Both the position numbers and the translations under genes were made by a program. The notes under the pieces are model-generated. The model worked only from the letters and a program-made list of their open reading frames with translations. It was not told where the DNA came from and did not search any database. A DNA stretch of 35,767 nucleotides from Candidatus Omnitrophota bacterium (GTDB lineage: Bacteria > Omnitrophota > Gorgyraeia > Gygaellales > Profunditerraquicolaceae), in contig JAQUOO010000001.1 in the NCBI GenBank assembly GCA_028717055.1, forward strand, positions 1 to 35,767. The letters run 5' to 3'. Every line of letters starts with the position of its first letter. The stretch's first letter is position 1. This document shows, piece after piece, positions 8,232 through 18,398 of the stretch.

Positions 8232-9425
8232 ATGAAAAACAAAGAAGGCCGTGTTTTTTCTTTCGGGCTTTTTATAGCGGATATGATATATAGCCAGGAG
8301 CCGCAAGATGCCTTGCCGGATGAGTTCCTGGGTATAAAAAGGGCCCGGGGCGATAACGCGATAGTCGCTGTTCCCGCGGAGTGGATCGCGCAGGCCCTTG
8401 ACGCATTAAAGAAGAAGGGCGTTCCTATCGGGACCAATTTTGGCGGTCCGGCTAACGCCATGGTTTCTGTATTGGCTGCGCTTACGCCAAAAGCAAAAAT
8501 TACTTTGATCGCTTTCTGCGGCAATGACGAGGCAGGCCGGGCCAATATCGTTTATTTGGAAAGGTTGGGCGTAGATACGCATGTCCTAAGAGAGTCAATG
8601 CGGACAGGCGAGGTTTCCGCCTGCAATTTAATCCGTAATTTGGGCTCTGCGAAAGATTTTACCATCTACTTGACGCCCGCAGAAGAATTCTGTTATTCCA
8701 AATGGATACCGGGAGACCTGAAAGAGCAGGACATAGTGCATTTAGGAGGGCTAGACCTCATCTTTTGTCCTAACGGCCTGCCCGAGAAGGAAAAGCGGGC
8801 AAAATATAAGAAAAATATCGATGAGATGGTCAAGATATCCCGCATGGCCCGCCAGAATGGCGCGATCGTAGTGGCAGATTTTTTCATGCAAGACCCGGGT
8901 TTTTGGGAAATGGTCCCGGACAGTTTTTTTAAAGATGTCAATGCGGCAAAACCGGGCATTGCGCAGGCATTGCCTATTTATAACAGCCGCCATAAGAACG
9001 ATCCGATAAAACTGGATGTTTCAGACCCGCAACGGCTGATGAAAAAATGCAGGCAGGAGCTTTTCAATATCCAGGACTTTTTATTAAAGCTTGGGTTTGG
9101 GGCGGTATTCATGACGTTGGATGTGGGCGGTTCAATCATTTCCGCCCAGGAAGGCAGCATCTTCGGCAAGGTTCCTTCAAGGCACGTCCCGGTTATTCCG
9201 GCCGGAAAATTTGTGGACGGTACCGGTTGTGGAGACGCTTTTGCAGCCGGAATTATTTACGGCATACGTGAAGGCCAGGATATGTTTGATACTGCCTGTT
9301 TTGCCTCTGCCGTAGGCAGCCTTATTGCCGAGCGCGTAGGAGTTACTATCGAGGAGCAATATACAGGGCAGGGAAAATGGCTGCCGGTGGTTCAGAAAAG
9401 GTTACTCCAGCGCGACGAGGTATAA
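8232..9425 (+). CDS. PfkB-family carbohydrate/nucleoside kinase
   Basis: C-terminal PfkB signature DGTGCGDAFAAGIIYG, and N-terminal FSFGLFIADMIY. Confidence 0.65.
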   Translation: MKNKEGRVFSFGLFIADMIYSQEPQDALPDEFLGIKRARGDNAIVAVPAEWIAQALDALKKKGVPIGTNFGGPANAMVSVLAALTPKAKITLIAFCGNDEAGRANIVYLERLGVDTHVLRESMRTGEVSACNLIRNLGSAKDFTIYLTPAEEFCYSKWIPGDLKEQDIVHLGGLDLIFCPNGLPEKEKRAKYKKNIDEMVKISRMARQNGAIVVADFFMQDPGFWEMVPDSFFKDVNAAKPGIAQALPIYNSRHKNDPIKLDVSDPQRLMKKCRQELFNIQDFLLKLGFGAVFMTLDVGGSIISAQEGSIFGKVPSRHVPVIPAGKFVDGTGCGDAFAAGIIYGIREGQDMFDTACFASAVGSLIAERVGVTIEEQYTGQGKWLPVVQKRLLQRDEV

Positions 9426-9616
9426 AATTCCTGAAACCGCAGTTCCTCTTGTTTTTCCGCGTAATTAGTCTATAATACATACCTATAGAAACAGAGAGGC
9501 TCCTCTTCATTACATACGAGAGGGGCTAAAATTTTATTTCGCCCGCCTGAAACTCCCTATTGTTTTTGTCTCTAATACCGGGTAGAGACGAGCTTTTTTA
9601 TTGAGGATTTTATCGC

Positions 9617-10114
9617 ATGCCTAAATTCTCAAAATACATAAAACGCGCGAAAGAATTGGGCGCAAAAGAGGCCAGGGCCATTCCGGTTAAAACCATAGTT
9701 GTCGCGGAATGGGTAAGGATGAAATGCCAGTTTGGCTGCGATGGGTTCGGCCAATCTTTAACCTGTCCGCCATATTCACCGGTTCCCGAATTAACCCGCC
9801 GTATGCTAACGTATTATAAGTATGCGTTGCTTGTTCATGGCGATGAATACTCGGATATCCATTCCCTTATCCCTGGATTAGAACGGGAAATATTTCTGGA
9901 CGGATACTTTAAGGCTTTTGGAATGGGCGCAGGACCTTGTAATCTTTGCGCAAAATGCGCCAAATTCTGCCGCCATCCGGATAAAACAAGGCCGTCTATG
10001 GAGGCCTGTGGTATAGATGTCTATACAACCGTAAGGTCTAATGGATTTCCGATTAAAGTGTTAAATACGCCGGGTTGCAAAGGCAACTACTACGGGATTG
10101 TATTGATTGAATAA
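9617..10114 (+). CDS. DUF2284-like predicted metal-binding protein
   Basis: VRMKCQFGCDGFGQSLTCPPYSP plus a later CNLCAKCAKFC, the conserved Cys pattern I associate with DUF2284. Confidence 0.55.
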   Translation: MPKFSKYIKRAKELGAKEARAIPVKTIVVAEWVRMKCQFGCDGFGQSLTCPPYSPVPELTRRMLTYYKYALLVHGDEYSDIHSLIPGLEREIFLDGYFKAFGMGAGPCNLCAKCAKFCRHPDKTRPSMEACGIDVYTTVRSNGFPIKVLNTPGCKGNYYGIVLIE

Positions 10115-10146
10115 TAATTGAAGGCGCAAGCTAAAAAGGGATAGGT

Positions 10147-10896
10147 ATGAAGAATTCTTTATGCAAGAAGAACTATAAAATTACTACCAGAAATTGGTTT
10201 AACCGTTGGTCAAATAAATATGACCAGACCTTGGGAAGAATCGGCTTTCACAGGGAATTGCTGGATTTAGTGGTGAGGAGTAGTAAGGTTAAGGATTGCG
10301 ATAAGGTTTTGGATATCGGCTGCGGTACGGGATTGCTTAGCTTGAGGTTATTGCAGAAAGCCGGTTGCTCCATTACCGGCATTGATATTTCCGAGGAGAT
10401 GCTCGCAATATTTAAAGGCAAAATAAAAGAGTCAGGTTTAGAGCAAAAAATCGAATCCAGGTTAATGGATATCGATTCACTTAATTTCAAGAACAACACA
10501 TTTGATGCGGCGGTGTCTTCCGTTGTTCTGCATCATTTGAAGGATAAGCCCAAGGCATTAAAGAAAATATATAAACTTCTTAAGCCGGGAGGGCTTTTTG
10601 TCATCGGCGAAGTTGATATGGATTCTACCGGCAGCCATGCTGACACGAAGAGGCTTCAACGTATGTTACGCGTTTTAGAACAAGAATGGATCCCGGCATT
10701 AAGAGATGCGGGCGTTGAAGCTTTTGCGCAGATGTATAGCAATGGGATAAAGCATATTTTGAATCAAGGCGAGTATTGCTTAAGCCTCAAACAATGGGCT
10801 GCGATTTGCAGGAAAGCGGGCTTTAGCCGGGTTACTATTAAGAGGGTTCCGCATTATAAATGTTTTGGCGTAGTGGTAGCTAAGAAGCCCGGATAG
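10147..10896 (+). CDS. class I SAM-dependent methyltransferase
   Basis: Motif I VLDIGCGTGLLSLRL, then GIDISEEML and AAVSSVVLHHL. Confidence 0.75.
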   Translation: MKNSLCKKNYKITTRNWFNRWSNKYDQTLGRIGFHRELLDLVVRSSKVKDCDKVLDIGCGTGLLSLRLLQKAGCSITGIDISEEMLAIFKGKIKESGLEQKIESRLMDIDSLNFKNNTFDAAVSSVVLHHLKDKPKALKKIYKLLKPGGLFVIGEVDMDSTGSHADTKRLQRMLRVLEQEWIPALRDAGVEAFAQMYSNGIKHILNQGEYCLSLKQWAAICRKAGFSRVTIKRVPHYKCFGVVVAKKPG

Positions 10897-10901
10897 AATA
10901 G

Positions 10902-11240
10902 AGGCTTCTTCTTTTGAAATACGGCGCTAATATCAATGCCAGACGCGTTGATGACGGCTCAACGCCTTTGTATATCGCAGCATTCAAGAGCGGTAAAAAG
11001 GGTCATGTCGAAGCAGCGAGGGTTCTTCTTGAGAATAACGCGGATGTTAATATGAAGGCAAACAACGGATCAACCGCGCTTTCGGTCGCCATATTTCGCA
11101 ATAATACCGGGATGATAGATCTATTGCGTCGATATGGAGCAAAACAGGGAATGGTGAATAAACGGGGAACGAAAAACCGTCCGGATTTTGAAGCCTATGA
11201 TCGCAATAGCGGTTGCAGGTCTTTTTACGTGTTTGACTGA
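10902..11240 (+). pseudogene. 5'-truncated ankyrin-repeat gene remnant
   Basis: The frame opens right after a TAG at 10899-10901 and starts mid-repeat (RLLLLKYGANINARRVDDGSTPLYIAA...). It has no ATG, only a TTG at 10914, and retains about 2.5 ankyrin repeats. Confidence 0.5.
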
Positions 11241-11376
11241 AATAAAAATATAGCAGCGTCTATTTTTAGGCCTATCTATCGCTCTATCTGCGCAGTATCA
11301 CCGTTTTTTAAAGAAGAAATTCTACTATTGTAAGTGTTAGGGTTCGAAAAAACGTACACCGCCAAAGAGTTTTTTG

Positions 11377-11405
11377 TTGAAACAATTTAGTTTCTATAGT
11401 AAAAT
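11377..11405 (+). promoter_or_regulatory. possible sigma70-like promoter upstream of the porin gene
   Basis: TTGAAA at 11377-11382, a 17-nt spacer, then TAAAAT at 11400-11405. It lies only about 10 nt before the GTG start, so the transcript would be nearly leaderless, which lowers confidence. Confidence 0.3.
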
Positions 11406-11414
11406 ATCCAAACA

Positions 11415-12818
11415 GTGAGTGCTGAAAATAAGATCTGGATAGAAATTAAAGGACAGCTTTCTAGAAGCAGAAGAGTTGTCCTATTTTTTTCTCTTCTAAA
11501 CGCAATATTGTTAGTTTCGATAGCTTATGGCGCTCCAGTCGAATACGCCTCCGGGCAGAAAAATTCATGGTTTTCTTCCTGGTTCAGACAGGATACCCTT
11601 ACGGGGAATTGGGGAGGCCTGCGCAGCGATCTTGCGGGCAAGGGGATGGCTTTTTCTGCAAATTTCACTACGGACATTCTTGGCAATCCTGTTGGAGGCC
11701 TGGATCAGGCTGCCAGATATGCCGGCTTTTTGCAGGTTACGGCTGCGTTAGACCTTGAGAAGATAGCTTCCCTTAAAGGGTGGGCCTTGACCGCAACCAA
11801 CTACCTGGCTTCGGGAAGGAACCTTTCCAGTATAATCGGCAATTTCTATGGAGTTCAGGAGATTTATGCTTCCGGCGACTACTATTTTGGGATTTTAGAC
11901 CTTTCGGTAACGCTGCCGGGAGATAAAGTTATTTTAGAGGCGGGCCGGCTTTTTGCCGGCGATGTTTTTGCCACTTCTCCTTTGTGGCAATACTATGTAG
12001 GCGCCATCAATAGCAATATAATTTCTCTTTCCGGTAATATCTTTTTTCCTCATTTCCAGGTAGCAGCTTGGGGCGCGCGAGCCACCTATGAACCTGATAA
12101 GCAATGGCAGTTTGTCGGAGGCATCTATAATGCTGATCCAGCAGTCGGGAATTCGGATAAGCATGGTCTCGATTTCAATTTTGATACTGATCATGGTTAC
12201 TTGGCGATTGGCCAGTTAAGTTATAAACATCATCAGGAGCGCCAGGAAACAGGCCTTCCGGGAAGCGCTACTTTTGGAGGATACTATGAAAGTAGCAAAT
12301 TTACCGGTATTGCCGACTCAAGCCGGACTTGGCGGGGCAACTACGGATTCTATTTCATAATGGATCAAATGATTTACCGCGGCGATTGGCCGGAGTTCGA
12401 CGGGCCTTCGCATTTAAGTTCGGGAGCCAGATATTCTGAAAAAGTTAAGCATCCTTATTATCAGCAGAATGCTCAATTTGCAGACCGGCCTGTGGGATTA
12501 ACTGCCTGGTGGGCAGCATACCTTGCTCCGCAAAAAGATATAAACACCCAGACCTATCAGCTTGCCGCAGGATTGGTTTATCAAGGGTTGCCGCCTAACC
12601 GAAACCGCGATGTCACTGCTTTTTGCGTTATCTACGGTAATTTCAGCGATAAGCTTTCCGGCCAGGATGCCGAAACAGTGTTGGAACTCAATCATAGGTT
12701 TCAAATCAGCCCTTGGTGTTACATCACTCCGGATATCCAGTATATTTTTAATCCTAACGGCCAGCATAATATAGATAATGCCCTGGTTTTGGGCGCGGAA
12801 GCTAGTTTTAATTTTTAG
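11415..12818 (+). CDS. OprB-family carbohydrate-selective outer-membrane porin
   Basis: Signal peptide (RRVVLFFSLLNAILLVSIAYGAP), the OprB-typical GNWGGLRSDLAGKGM, and a C-terminal aromatic end (EASFNF). Confidence 0.7.
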   Translation: MSAENKIWIEIKGQLSRSRRVVLFFSLLNAILLVSIAYGAPVEYASGQKNSWFSSWFRQDTLTGNWGGLRSDLAGKGMAFSANFTTDILGNPVGGLDQAARYAGFLQVTAALDLEKIASLKGWALTATNYLASGRNLSSIIGNFYGVQEIYASGDYYFGILDLSVTLPGDKVILEAGRLFAGDVFATSPLWQYYVGAINSNIISLSGNIFFPHFQVAAWGARATYEPDKQWQFVGGIYNADPAVGNSDKHGLDFNFDTDHGYLAIGQLSYKHHQERQETGLPGSATFGGYYESSKFTGIADSSRTWRGNYGFYFIMDQMIYRGDWPEFDGPSHLSSGARYSEKVKHPYYQQNAQFADRPVGLTAWWAAYLAPQKDINTQTYQLAAGLVYQGLPPNRNRDVTAFCVIYGNFSDKLSGQDAETVLELNHRFQISPWCYITPDIQYIFNPNGQHNIDNALVLGAEASFNF

Positions 12819-12832
12819 CGAGGAGGCTGGGA

Positions 12833-14386
12833 ATGAAAATAGGTTTAAGAAGGAAAATCAGGATAACTTTAATTTATCTGGCGGGTTTCCTGAGTTTGTT
12901 CTTTTTGGTTTCCTGCGGGCATTTAAATATCTCCAAGGCTTCTTCTCTTCGTCCGGTTTGCTCTCTTACCGCGCCTGGCCTTACCAATAATCCGACATGG
13001 GATATCATCGCTACTAACAGGCAGCCATTACTTTCATTTTTTAACGCTAAGGGCGGGATAGGCCAGAGGACTTATATTATTCAGCTGGATACGGCGGAAA
13101 CTTTTAACAGTAATAATTTCATTCAATACACAAAAGTCCCGGAGGCAAGCAAATATATTAGCGCTAAACTGGTTGATAAAAATAACTTATTGCTTGATAA
13201 CACAAGATATTACTGGCGCGTCCGGGCAGTGGATTCAGCCGGCAACTTGGGTCCTTGGGGAAGATCGCGTTTTTATGTAAATACCAAATCCGATGATGAA
13301 TTTATGGAATTAGTCAGGATACCCGTGAAGGGCGTTGAAGTCTCCAGCGGAGACAATCTTAAAAATATCAGCGATATTGATGACCCGGGCCAGGTTAGTT
13401 TCTGGCAGTCAACTCCTCCGGGTGAGCCCGCGCAGTGGGTAAAGTTTGATTTAGGGCAAGAGACGCAGGTCTCCAGGATTTGGATGCTCTCTAACACTGA
13501 CGGGACCGGAGACGGATGGCTTAAGGATTTTGTCTGGCAAGCTAGCGATGACGCGGATAAATGGGTTGATATTGAAGGCGCAACCATTAGAAATAATGAT
13601 ACCTATAGGAATATCATTGATATAACTCCGGTTAAAACGCGGTATCTCAGGTTATTCATTAAAGACTGGCATGGTTATGCTCCGCAGATTAACGCAATTA
13701 TTCTGTATTCACCGGGCAAGCCGCCTGTTCCCGATGCGCCGGAAGGAGATTATGTTTTGATCGTGGGTAACCAGATGAACGGTTTTACTTTTACCGAATT
13801 GGCCCGGGAAGTCGAAAGCTTGGGGTTAGGCTTAAAAACTCTGACTGTGCCTTGCCATGAGGTTTCTCTGGCGATGCTTGAGCGATTAAAGAATAAGCCG
13901 GTGGCGATCATCTTAAGCGGAAATAACGCGGACTATCCTAATATGCCGATGTTTGAGTTTAACGGCGAATATGAGATTATCCGGCGCAGCGATATACCGA
14001 TATTGGGTATCTGCTGCGGACATCAACAGTTAGCGATGGCCTACGGTTTTACCTATGCCAACAGTATGGGCTGGCCGGATATCTCCAGCATGGAAAAACC
14101 TCAAGCTCGGCAAAAAATAAAGATTATCAAAAATGATCCGATCTTTAGAGATATACCTGACCCGTTTGAAGGAGCCGAGATTCATGGATGGTCGATAGGC
14201 TATCTGCCGGAAGGATTTGAGGTTATTGCCCAGTCTGAGTATATCCAGGCCGTAAGGAATACCTCCCGGTTTATTTATGGCGAACAGTTCCACGCCGAGA
14301 TCAGGGTTGCTTATAATCAGGCTAAGCCATATCTGTTTAATTTCCTAAAGATGGCCAAAGAGAGAAGTACGGTTAATAAACCTTAA
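12833..14386 (+). CDS. lipoprotein with Ig/FN3-like region, F5/8-type-C (discoidin) domain and C-terminal class I glutamine amidotransferase (peptidase C26-like) domain
   Basis: Lipobox FLVSC. YYWRVRAVDSAGNLGPW (FN3-like). SFWQS...QWVKFDLGQETQVSRIWM (discoidin-like). GATase1 nucleophile elbow LGICCGHQQLA and His/Glu pair in GEQFHAE. Confidence 0.6.
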   Translation: MKIGLRRKIRITLIYLAGFLSLFFLVSCGHLNISKASSLRPVCSLTAPGLTNNPTWDIIATNRQPLLSFFNAKGGIGQRTYIIQLDTAETFNSNNFIQYTKVPEASKYISAKLVDKNNLLLDNTRYYWRVRAVDSAGNLGPWGRSRFYVNTKSDDEFMELVRIPVKGVEVSSGDNLKNISDIDDPGQVSFWQSTPPGEPAQWVKFDLGQETQVSRIWMLSNTDGTGDGWLKDFVWQASDDADKWVDIEGATIRNNDTYRNIIDITPVKTRYLRLFIKDWHGYAPQINAIILYSPGKPPVPDAPEGDYVLIVGNQMNGFTFTELAREVESLGLGLKTLTVPCHEVSLAMLERLKNKPVAIILSGNNADYPNMPMFEFNGEYEIIRRSDIPILGICCGHQQLAMAYGFTYANSMGWPDISSMEKPQARQKIKIIKNDPIFRDIPDPFEGAEIHGWSIGYLPEGFEVIAQSEYIQAVRNTSRFIYGEQFHAEIRVAYNQAKPYLFNFLKMAKERSTVNKP

Positions 14387-14395
14387 GGAGGAATT

Positions 14396-15802
14396 ATGTT
14401 ACATATCCGTAAAAAGCCGCATGAAACTAAAGAGGTTAAGGAGCTATTGGATCCGTTATATGGCGTAGTAGCGTTGGGCAAAGATATACCTAAATACAAA
14501 ATACCGGAAAAAGAGATGCCGGCTGCCATGGCCTATCGCATTGTCCGCGACGAGTTGATTCTTGACGGCAATTCCCGTCAGAATCTCGCCACTTTCTGCA
14601 CGACATATGTTGAGCCTGAAGCCCAACAGTTGATGACCGATTGTGTAGATAAGAATATGATTGATAAAGATGAGTATCCTCAGACTGCAGAGATCGAATG
14701 CCGCTGTGTCCATATTTTAGCCGATCTTTGGAATTCTCCAGAGGCTTCCTCTACTATAGGATGCTCTACCACCGGTTCAAGCGAGGCGGCGATGTTAGGA
14801 GGGTTAGCTTTGAAATGGCAATGGCGCAAGAAACGCCGGGCCGCTGGGAAAAGCGCGGAAAAGCCGAATTTAATTACCGGCCCTGTGCAGATCTGTTGGC
14901 ATAAGTTTTGCCGCTATTGGGATATAGAAATCAGGGAAATACCCATGGAAGGTGATAGGTATTTAATGAATGCCGAAGAAGTATTAAAGCGTTGTGATGA
15001 AAATACCATTGGTGTTGTTCCTACGTTAGGGGTTACTTTTACCGGCCAGTATGAGCCGGTCAGGGAAATAAGCCAGGCTTTGGACGGGCTGCAGAAAAAA
15101 ACCGGCTTGGATATCCCTATCCATGTGGACGCGGCAAGCGGCGGTTTCCTGGCGCCGTTTCTTTCTCCGGATTTGGTTTGGGATTTTCGCTTGGGCCGCG
15201 TAAAATCCATTAACGCCTCCGGGCACAAATTCGGCCTAGCGCCCTTAGGCGTGGGTTGGGTGGTCTGGAGAGACAAAGAAGACCTGCCGGAGGAGCTTAT
15301 TTTTAACGTCAACTATCTCGGCGGCAATATGCCGACTTTCGCGCTTAACTTTTCCCGTCCGGGAGGGGAGATTATCGCGCAGTATTATAATTTTCTGCGC
15401 TTGGGCAAAGAAGGTTATTATAAGATACAAAAGGCCTGCCAGGATGTGGCGGTTTATCTTGCCGGCCAGATCGCCAAGATGGGGCCTTTTGAGATTATAT
15501 ATGACGGCAAGGACGGGATTCCCGCTCTTTGTTGGAAATTAAAAGATGGTAAAAAATACGACTTTACCCTTTTTGATGTTGCCGACCGCCTGCGTTCGCG
15601 CGGCTGGCTGGTCCCGGCCTATTCGATGCCGGCAAACAGGCAGGACCTCATAATCCAGCGTATCCTGGTGCGCCGCGGATTCAGCCGCGATCTAGCGTCG
15701 TTATTGCTGGATGACCTGGAGCGCGCCCTGGAACATTTTAATCAACACCCGGTTGCCAAACCATTGACCGAAAAAGAGGCCGGAGGATTTAAACACAGTT
15801 AA
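14396..15802 (+). CDS. gadB: glutamate decarboxylase (PLP-dependent, group II)
   Basis: 468 aa with end-to-end Gad-like sequence. PLP-lysine motif [14 protein letters not shown]-terminal [24 protein letters not shown]. Confidence 0.85.
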   Translation: MLHIRKKPHETKEVKELLDPLYGVVALGKDIPKYKIPEKEMPAAMAYRIVRDELILDGNSRQNLATFCTTYVEPEAQQLMTDCVDKNMIDKDEYPQTAEIECRCVHILADLWNSPEASSTIGCSTTGSSEAAMLGGLALKWQWRKKRRAAGKSAEKPNLITGPVQICWHKFCRYWDIEIREIPMEGDRYLMNAEEVLKRCDENTIGVVPTLGVTFTGQYEPVREISQALDGLQKKTGLDIPIHVDAASGGFLAPFLSPDLVWDFRLGRVKSINASGHKFGLAPLGVGWVVWRDKEDLPEELIFNVNYLGGNMPTFALNFSRPGGEIIAQYYNFLRLGKEGYYKIQKACQDVAVYLAGQIAKMGPFEIIYDGKDGIPALCWKLKDGKKYDFTLFDVADRLRSRGWLVPAYSMPANRQDLIIQRILVRRGFSRDLASLLLDDLERALEHFNQHPVAKPLTEKEAGGFKHS

Positions 15803-15814
15803 GCCGGAGGGAAT

Positions 15815-17257
15815 ATGACAAAATCGAAAATGACCGTTTTTACCATGGCGATGATGACATCCGCGGCGATAATGAGTTTGCGCGGCCTGCCGATGATCGC
15901 CAAAGAGGAATTCACCTTATTCTTCTATATCGGATTTGCCACCTTTCTGTTTTTAATTCCTGCGGCGCTAGTGGCTGCGGAGCTGGGCGGGATGTTCGGC
16001 GAAGAAGAAGGGGGTGTGTATACTTGGGTCAAAGAAGCCTTTGGTAAGCGCTTGGGTTTCGTGGCGATTTGGCTGCAGTGGGTGCAAAATGTGGTCTGGT
16101 ATCCTACTGTGCTGGCCTTTGCCGCGGCTACCTTTTCATATGTTATCGGCGTTGACAAATTAGCCAACAGCGGTATTTACACCGGGTTATTTTGCATTAT
16201 CTTTTACTGGCTGGCAACTTGGATTTCAATGCGCGGCGGAAACTTGATTGAGTGTATTACCAGCTATGGATTTGTAGCGGGTTCTATTTTGCCGGCGCTG
16301 GTCTTATTGTTGCTGGCGGTGGTTTGGATGATGCAGGGTAATGCAATAGGATTTCAACACCTGCCGGCGGCGCAGGGAGCGGTGGATGTGGTAGTTAATA
16401 ATCAGGTGCATCCGCGCCTGTTCCCGCATATGAGCGGATTAAGCAATATCGCTTTTCTTTCCGGCGTGCTTCTGCTTTTTGCCGGAGTGGAGGTGCATGC
16501 GGTAAGCGCCAACAGGATGGCGCGGCCGCAATCGCAATATCCTTTAGCCTTGCTTCTTACTTCTATAATTGTCTTTGTTCTCTTTACCTTAGGCGCTTTT
16601 GCCATCGCCGCGATTATGCCGTATAATGATATCAATGTTGAGTCCGGGCTACTGCAGGCGTTTCAAACAGTATTTAACCGCGTAAATATGCCTTGGGGCG
16701 TTTCATTAGTGGGTATCCTGGTAATGTTCGGGGCGCTGGCCAGCGTAACTTCCTGGATTGTCGGCCCCAGCCGCGGTTTATTGAAGACCGCGCAGGACGG
16801 CCTGCTTCCCGCTTTTTGGGCCAAGACTAACGCGCAAGGGGTGCAAGTAAATATACTTTTGGTGCAGGCGGTTATCGTTACCGTGCTTTCCGGTATCTAC
16901 TTTATTACCAAGAATGTCAGCGTGGCATTTTTTCTGATTAGCGCGATGACGATTACTCTCTATCTGATTATGTACGGCTTGATGTATGCCGCCGGAATTT
17001 GTTTGCGCTATAAACGCCCTGACCTGACGCGTAAATTCCGCGTTCCCGGAGGCGCGGCGGGGATGTGGACAGCCGGATTGGTGGGGATTGGCGGGGTGGC
17101 CTTTTCATTTATTGTAGCTTTTTTCCCGCCTTCGCAGCTGCCGGTAGGCGACCCGGCGCAGTATGTGCTTTTGGTGGCAGGAGGGACAGTAATCTTTAGC
17201 GCGATACCGTTCTTTATCAAAGGTTCCTTGAGCGCGAAAAATATCCCCGCTTCCTAA
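15815..17257 (+). CDS. gadC: APC-family glutamate:GABA antiporter
   Basis: 480-aa polytopic membrane protein (about 12 TM) placed 12 nt after the decarboxylase gene. The N-terminal FTMAMMTSAAIMSLRGLP is GadC-like. Confidence 0.7.
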   Translation: MTKSKMTVFTMAMMTSAAIMSLRGLPMIAKEEFTLFFYIGFATFLFLIPAALVAAELGGMFGEEEGGVYTWVKEAFGKRLGFVAIWLQWVQNVVWYPTVLAFAAATFSYVIGVDKLANSGIYTGLFCIIFYWLATWISMRGGNLIECITSYGFVAGSILPALVLLLLAVVWMMQGNAIGFQHLPAAQGAVDVVVNNQVHPRLFPHMSGLSNIAFLSGVLLLFAGVEVHAVSANRMARPQSQYPLALLLTSIIVFVLFTLGAFAIAAIMPYNDINVESGLLQAFQTVFNRVNMPWGVSLVGILVMFGALASVTSWIVGPSRGLLKTAQDGLLPAFWAKTNAQGVQVNILLVQAVIVTVLSGIYFITKNVSVAFFLISAMTITLYLIMYGLMYAAGICLRYKRPDLTRKFRVPGGAAGMWTAGLVGIGGVAFSFIVAFFPPSQLPVGDPAQYVLLVAGGTVIFSAIPFFIKGSLSAKNIPAS

Positions 17258-17300
17258 AAAATAAAAGGTATTGGTTTACGAAGCGCAAGAGGGCGGGTTT

Positions 17301-18170
17301 ATGGAAAAAATTAAAACGGGCAAAGCAGACAGCATTAAGCGCATGAAGCTCTACCGGTATCCTGAACGCGTTTACAATGAAATCAGCGCGGCAGGATATG
17401 GAAAAGACGCCTTGCTTAAAGAAAAAGATATCAGGCTCTTTGACCAGTATCATTATCTGGGCACTGATGTGGTTGAGGATGCTATTAATTTCCTGGAGGC
17501 CGGCCTTCAAAGCAGGCTGATCGAGATTGGTTCAGGTTTAGGTGGCCCGGCAAGGTATCTGGCGGAGAAAGCAGGCTGCCGTGTGACTGCCGTCGAGCTC
17601 CAGCCGGATTTAAACCAGATCGCCTCTTCTTTGACAAAACGTTGCGGCTTATCCGGACTCGTGGAGCACTTTTGCGGGGATATCCTGGAATTCCCGGAAG
17701 ATGGCGGTAATTTCGATGCCGCGGTAAGCTGGCTGGCGATTTTACATATCCCGGACCGGCAAGCTCTTTTAAAGAAATGTTTTAATATTTTAAAACCAGC
17801 GGGCAAGGTTTTCTTTGAGGATTACTGCAAACTTGGAGAATTCAGCCCGGAAGAGGAAAAGATATTACGCGAGGATGTCCAGTGCCCGTATCTGCCCACG
17901 ACAGAGGAATACAAACGCCAGCTTATCGAGAACGGCTTTACGGATGTCAAGCTAGAGGATAAAACAGCCTGCTGGAGTGATTTTGTCAGGGGGCGCGTGG
18001 AGAAATTCATTGAAAACCGCCTTTGTTACGCCAAACTGCACGGTAACGAGGTCGCCGACGGAATGGAAGATTTCTATAAAAAGATATCACAGCTTTTTCA
18101 TAAAGGTAACCTCGGAGGAGTAAGGATAACCGCAGTTAAACCTGATGCTTACCTAAAGCGGCGTAGATAA
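17301..18170 (+). CDS. class I SAM-dependent methyltransferase
   Basis: LIEIGSGLGGPARYLAEKAGCRVTAVEL (motif I and post-I). The ATG at 17301 with an upstream GAGGG is preferred to the listed TTG at 17271. Confidence 0.7.
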   Translation: MEKIKTGKADSIKRMKLYRYPERVYNEISAAGYGKDALLKEKDIRLFDQYHYLGTDVVEDAINFLEAGLQSRLIEIGSGLGGPARYLAEKAGCRVTAVELQPDLNQIASSLTKRCGLSGLVEHFCGDILEFPEDGGNFDAAVSWLAILHIPDRQALLKKCFNILKPAGKVFFEDYCKLGEFSPEEEKILREDVQCPYLPTTEEYKRQLIENGFTDVKLEDKTACWSDFVRGRVEKFIENRLCYAKLHGNEVADGMEDFYKKISQLFHKGNLGGVRITAVKPDAYLKRRR

Positions 18171-18189
18171 GTAGCCAGAGGATCTTCAA

Positions 18190-18218
18190 TTGACGAAGTG
18201 TGTCTTGGGGTATACAAT
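18190..18218 (+). promoter_or_regulatory. sigma70-like promoter in the AT-rich gap before hsdR
   Basis: TTGACG at 18190-18195, a 17-nt spacer, then TACAAT at 18213-18218. Confidence 0.35.
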
Positions 18219-18353
18219 AATCCTTTATTGACCACAAAAACCATCTTCAGTCCACTAATGTATCGGTATGATAATTTATGGCAACAAAATTAATCACAAT
18301 AAATTAAGCAGAGTGGTATTGTTTACAAATAAACTATTCGTTAATAGCTAAGG

Positions 18354-18383
18354 CCTTCGTCAAAAAAAGACGAAGGTTTTATT
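18354..18383 (+). terminator. rho-independent terminator-like hairpin
   Basis: CCTTCGTC (18354-18361), a 7-A loop, GACGAAGG (18369-18376), then TTTTATT. The stem is 8 bp and perfect. Confidence 0.6.
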
Positions 18384-18398
18384 GTTTATAAGGGATTT

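Noticed and set aside
9568-9599. A hairpin (GTCTCT ... AGAGAC) followed by a T-run after the PfkB kinase gene, considered as a possible terminator.
   Set aside because: The stem is only 6 bp and AT-leaning, the loop is 10 nt, and 4 nt separate the stem from the T-run. It is too weak to call.
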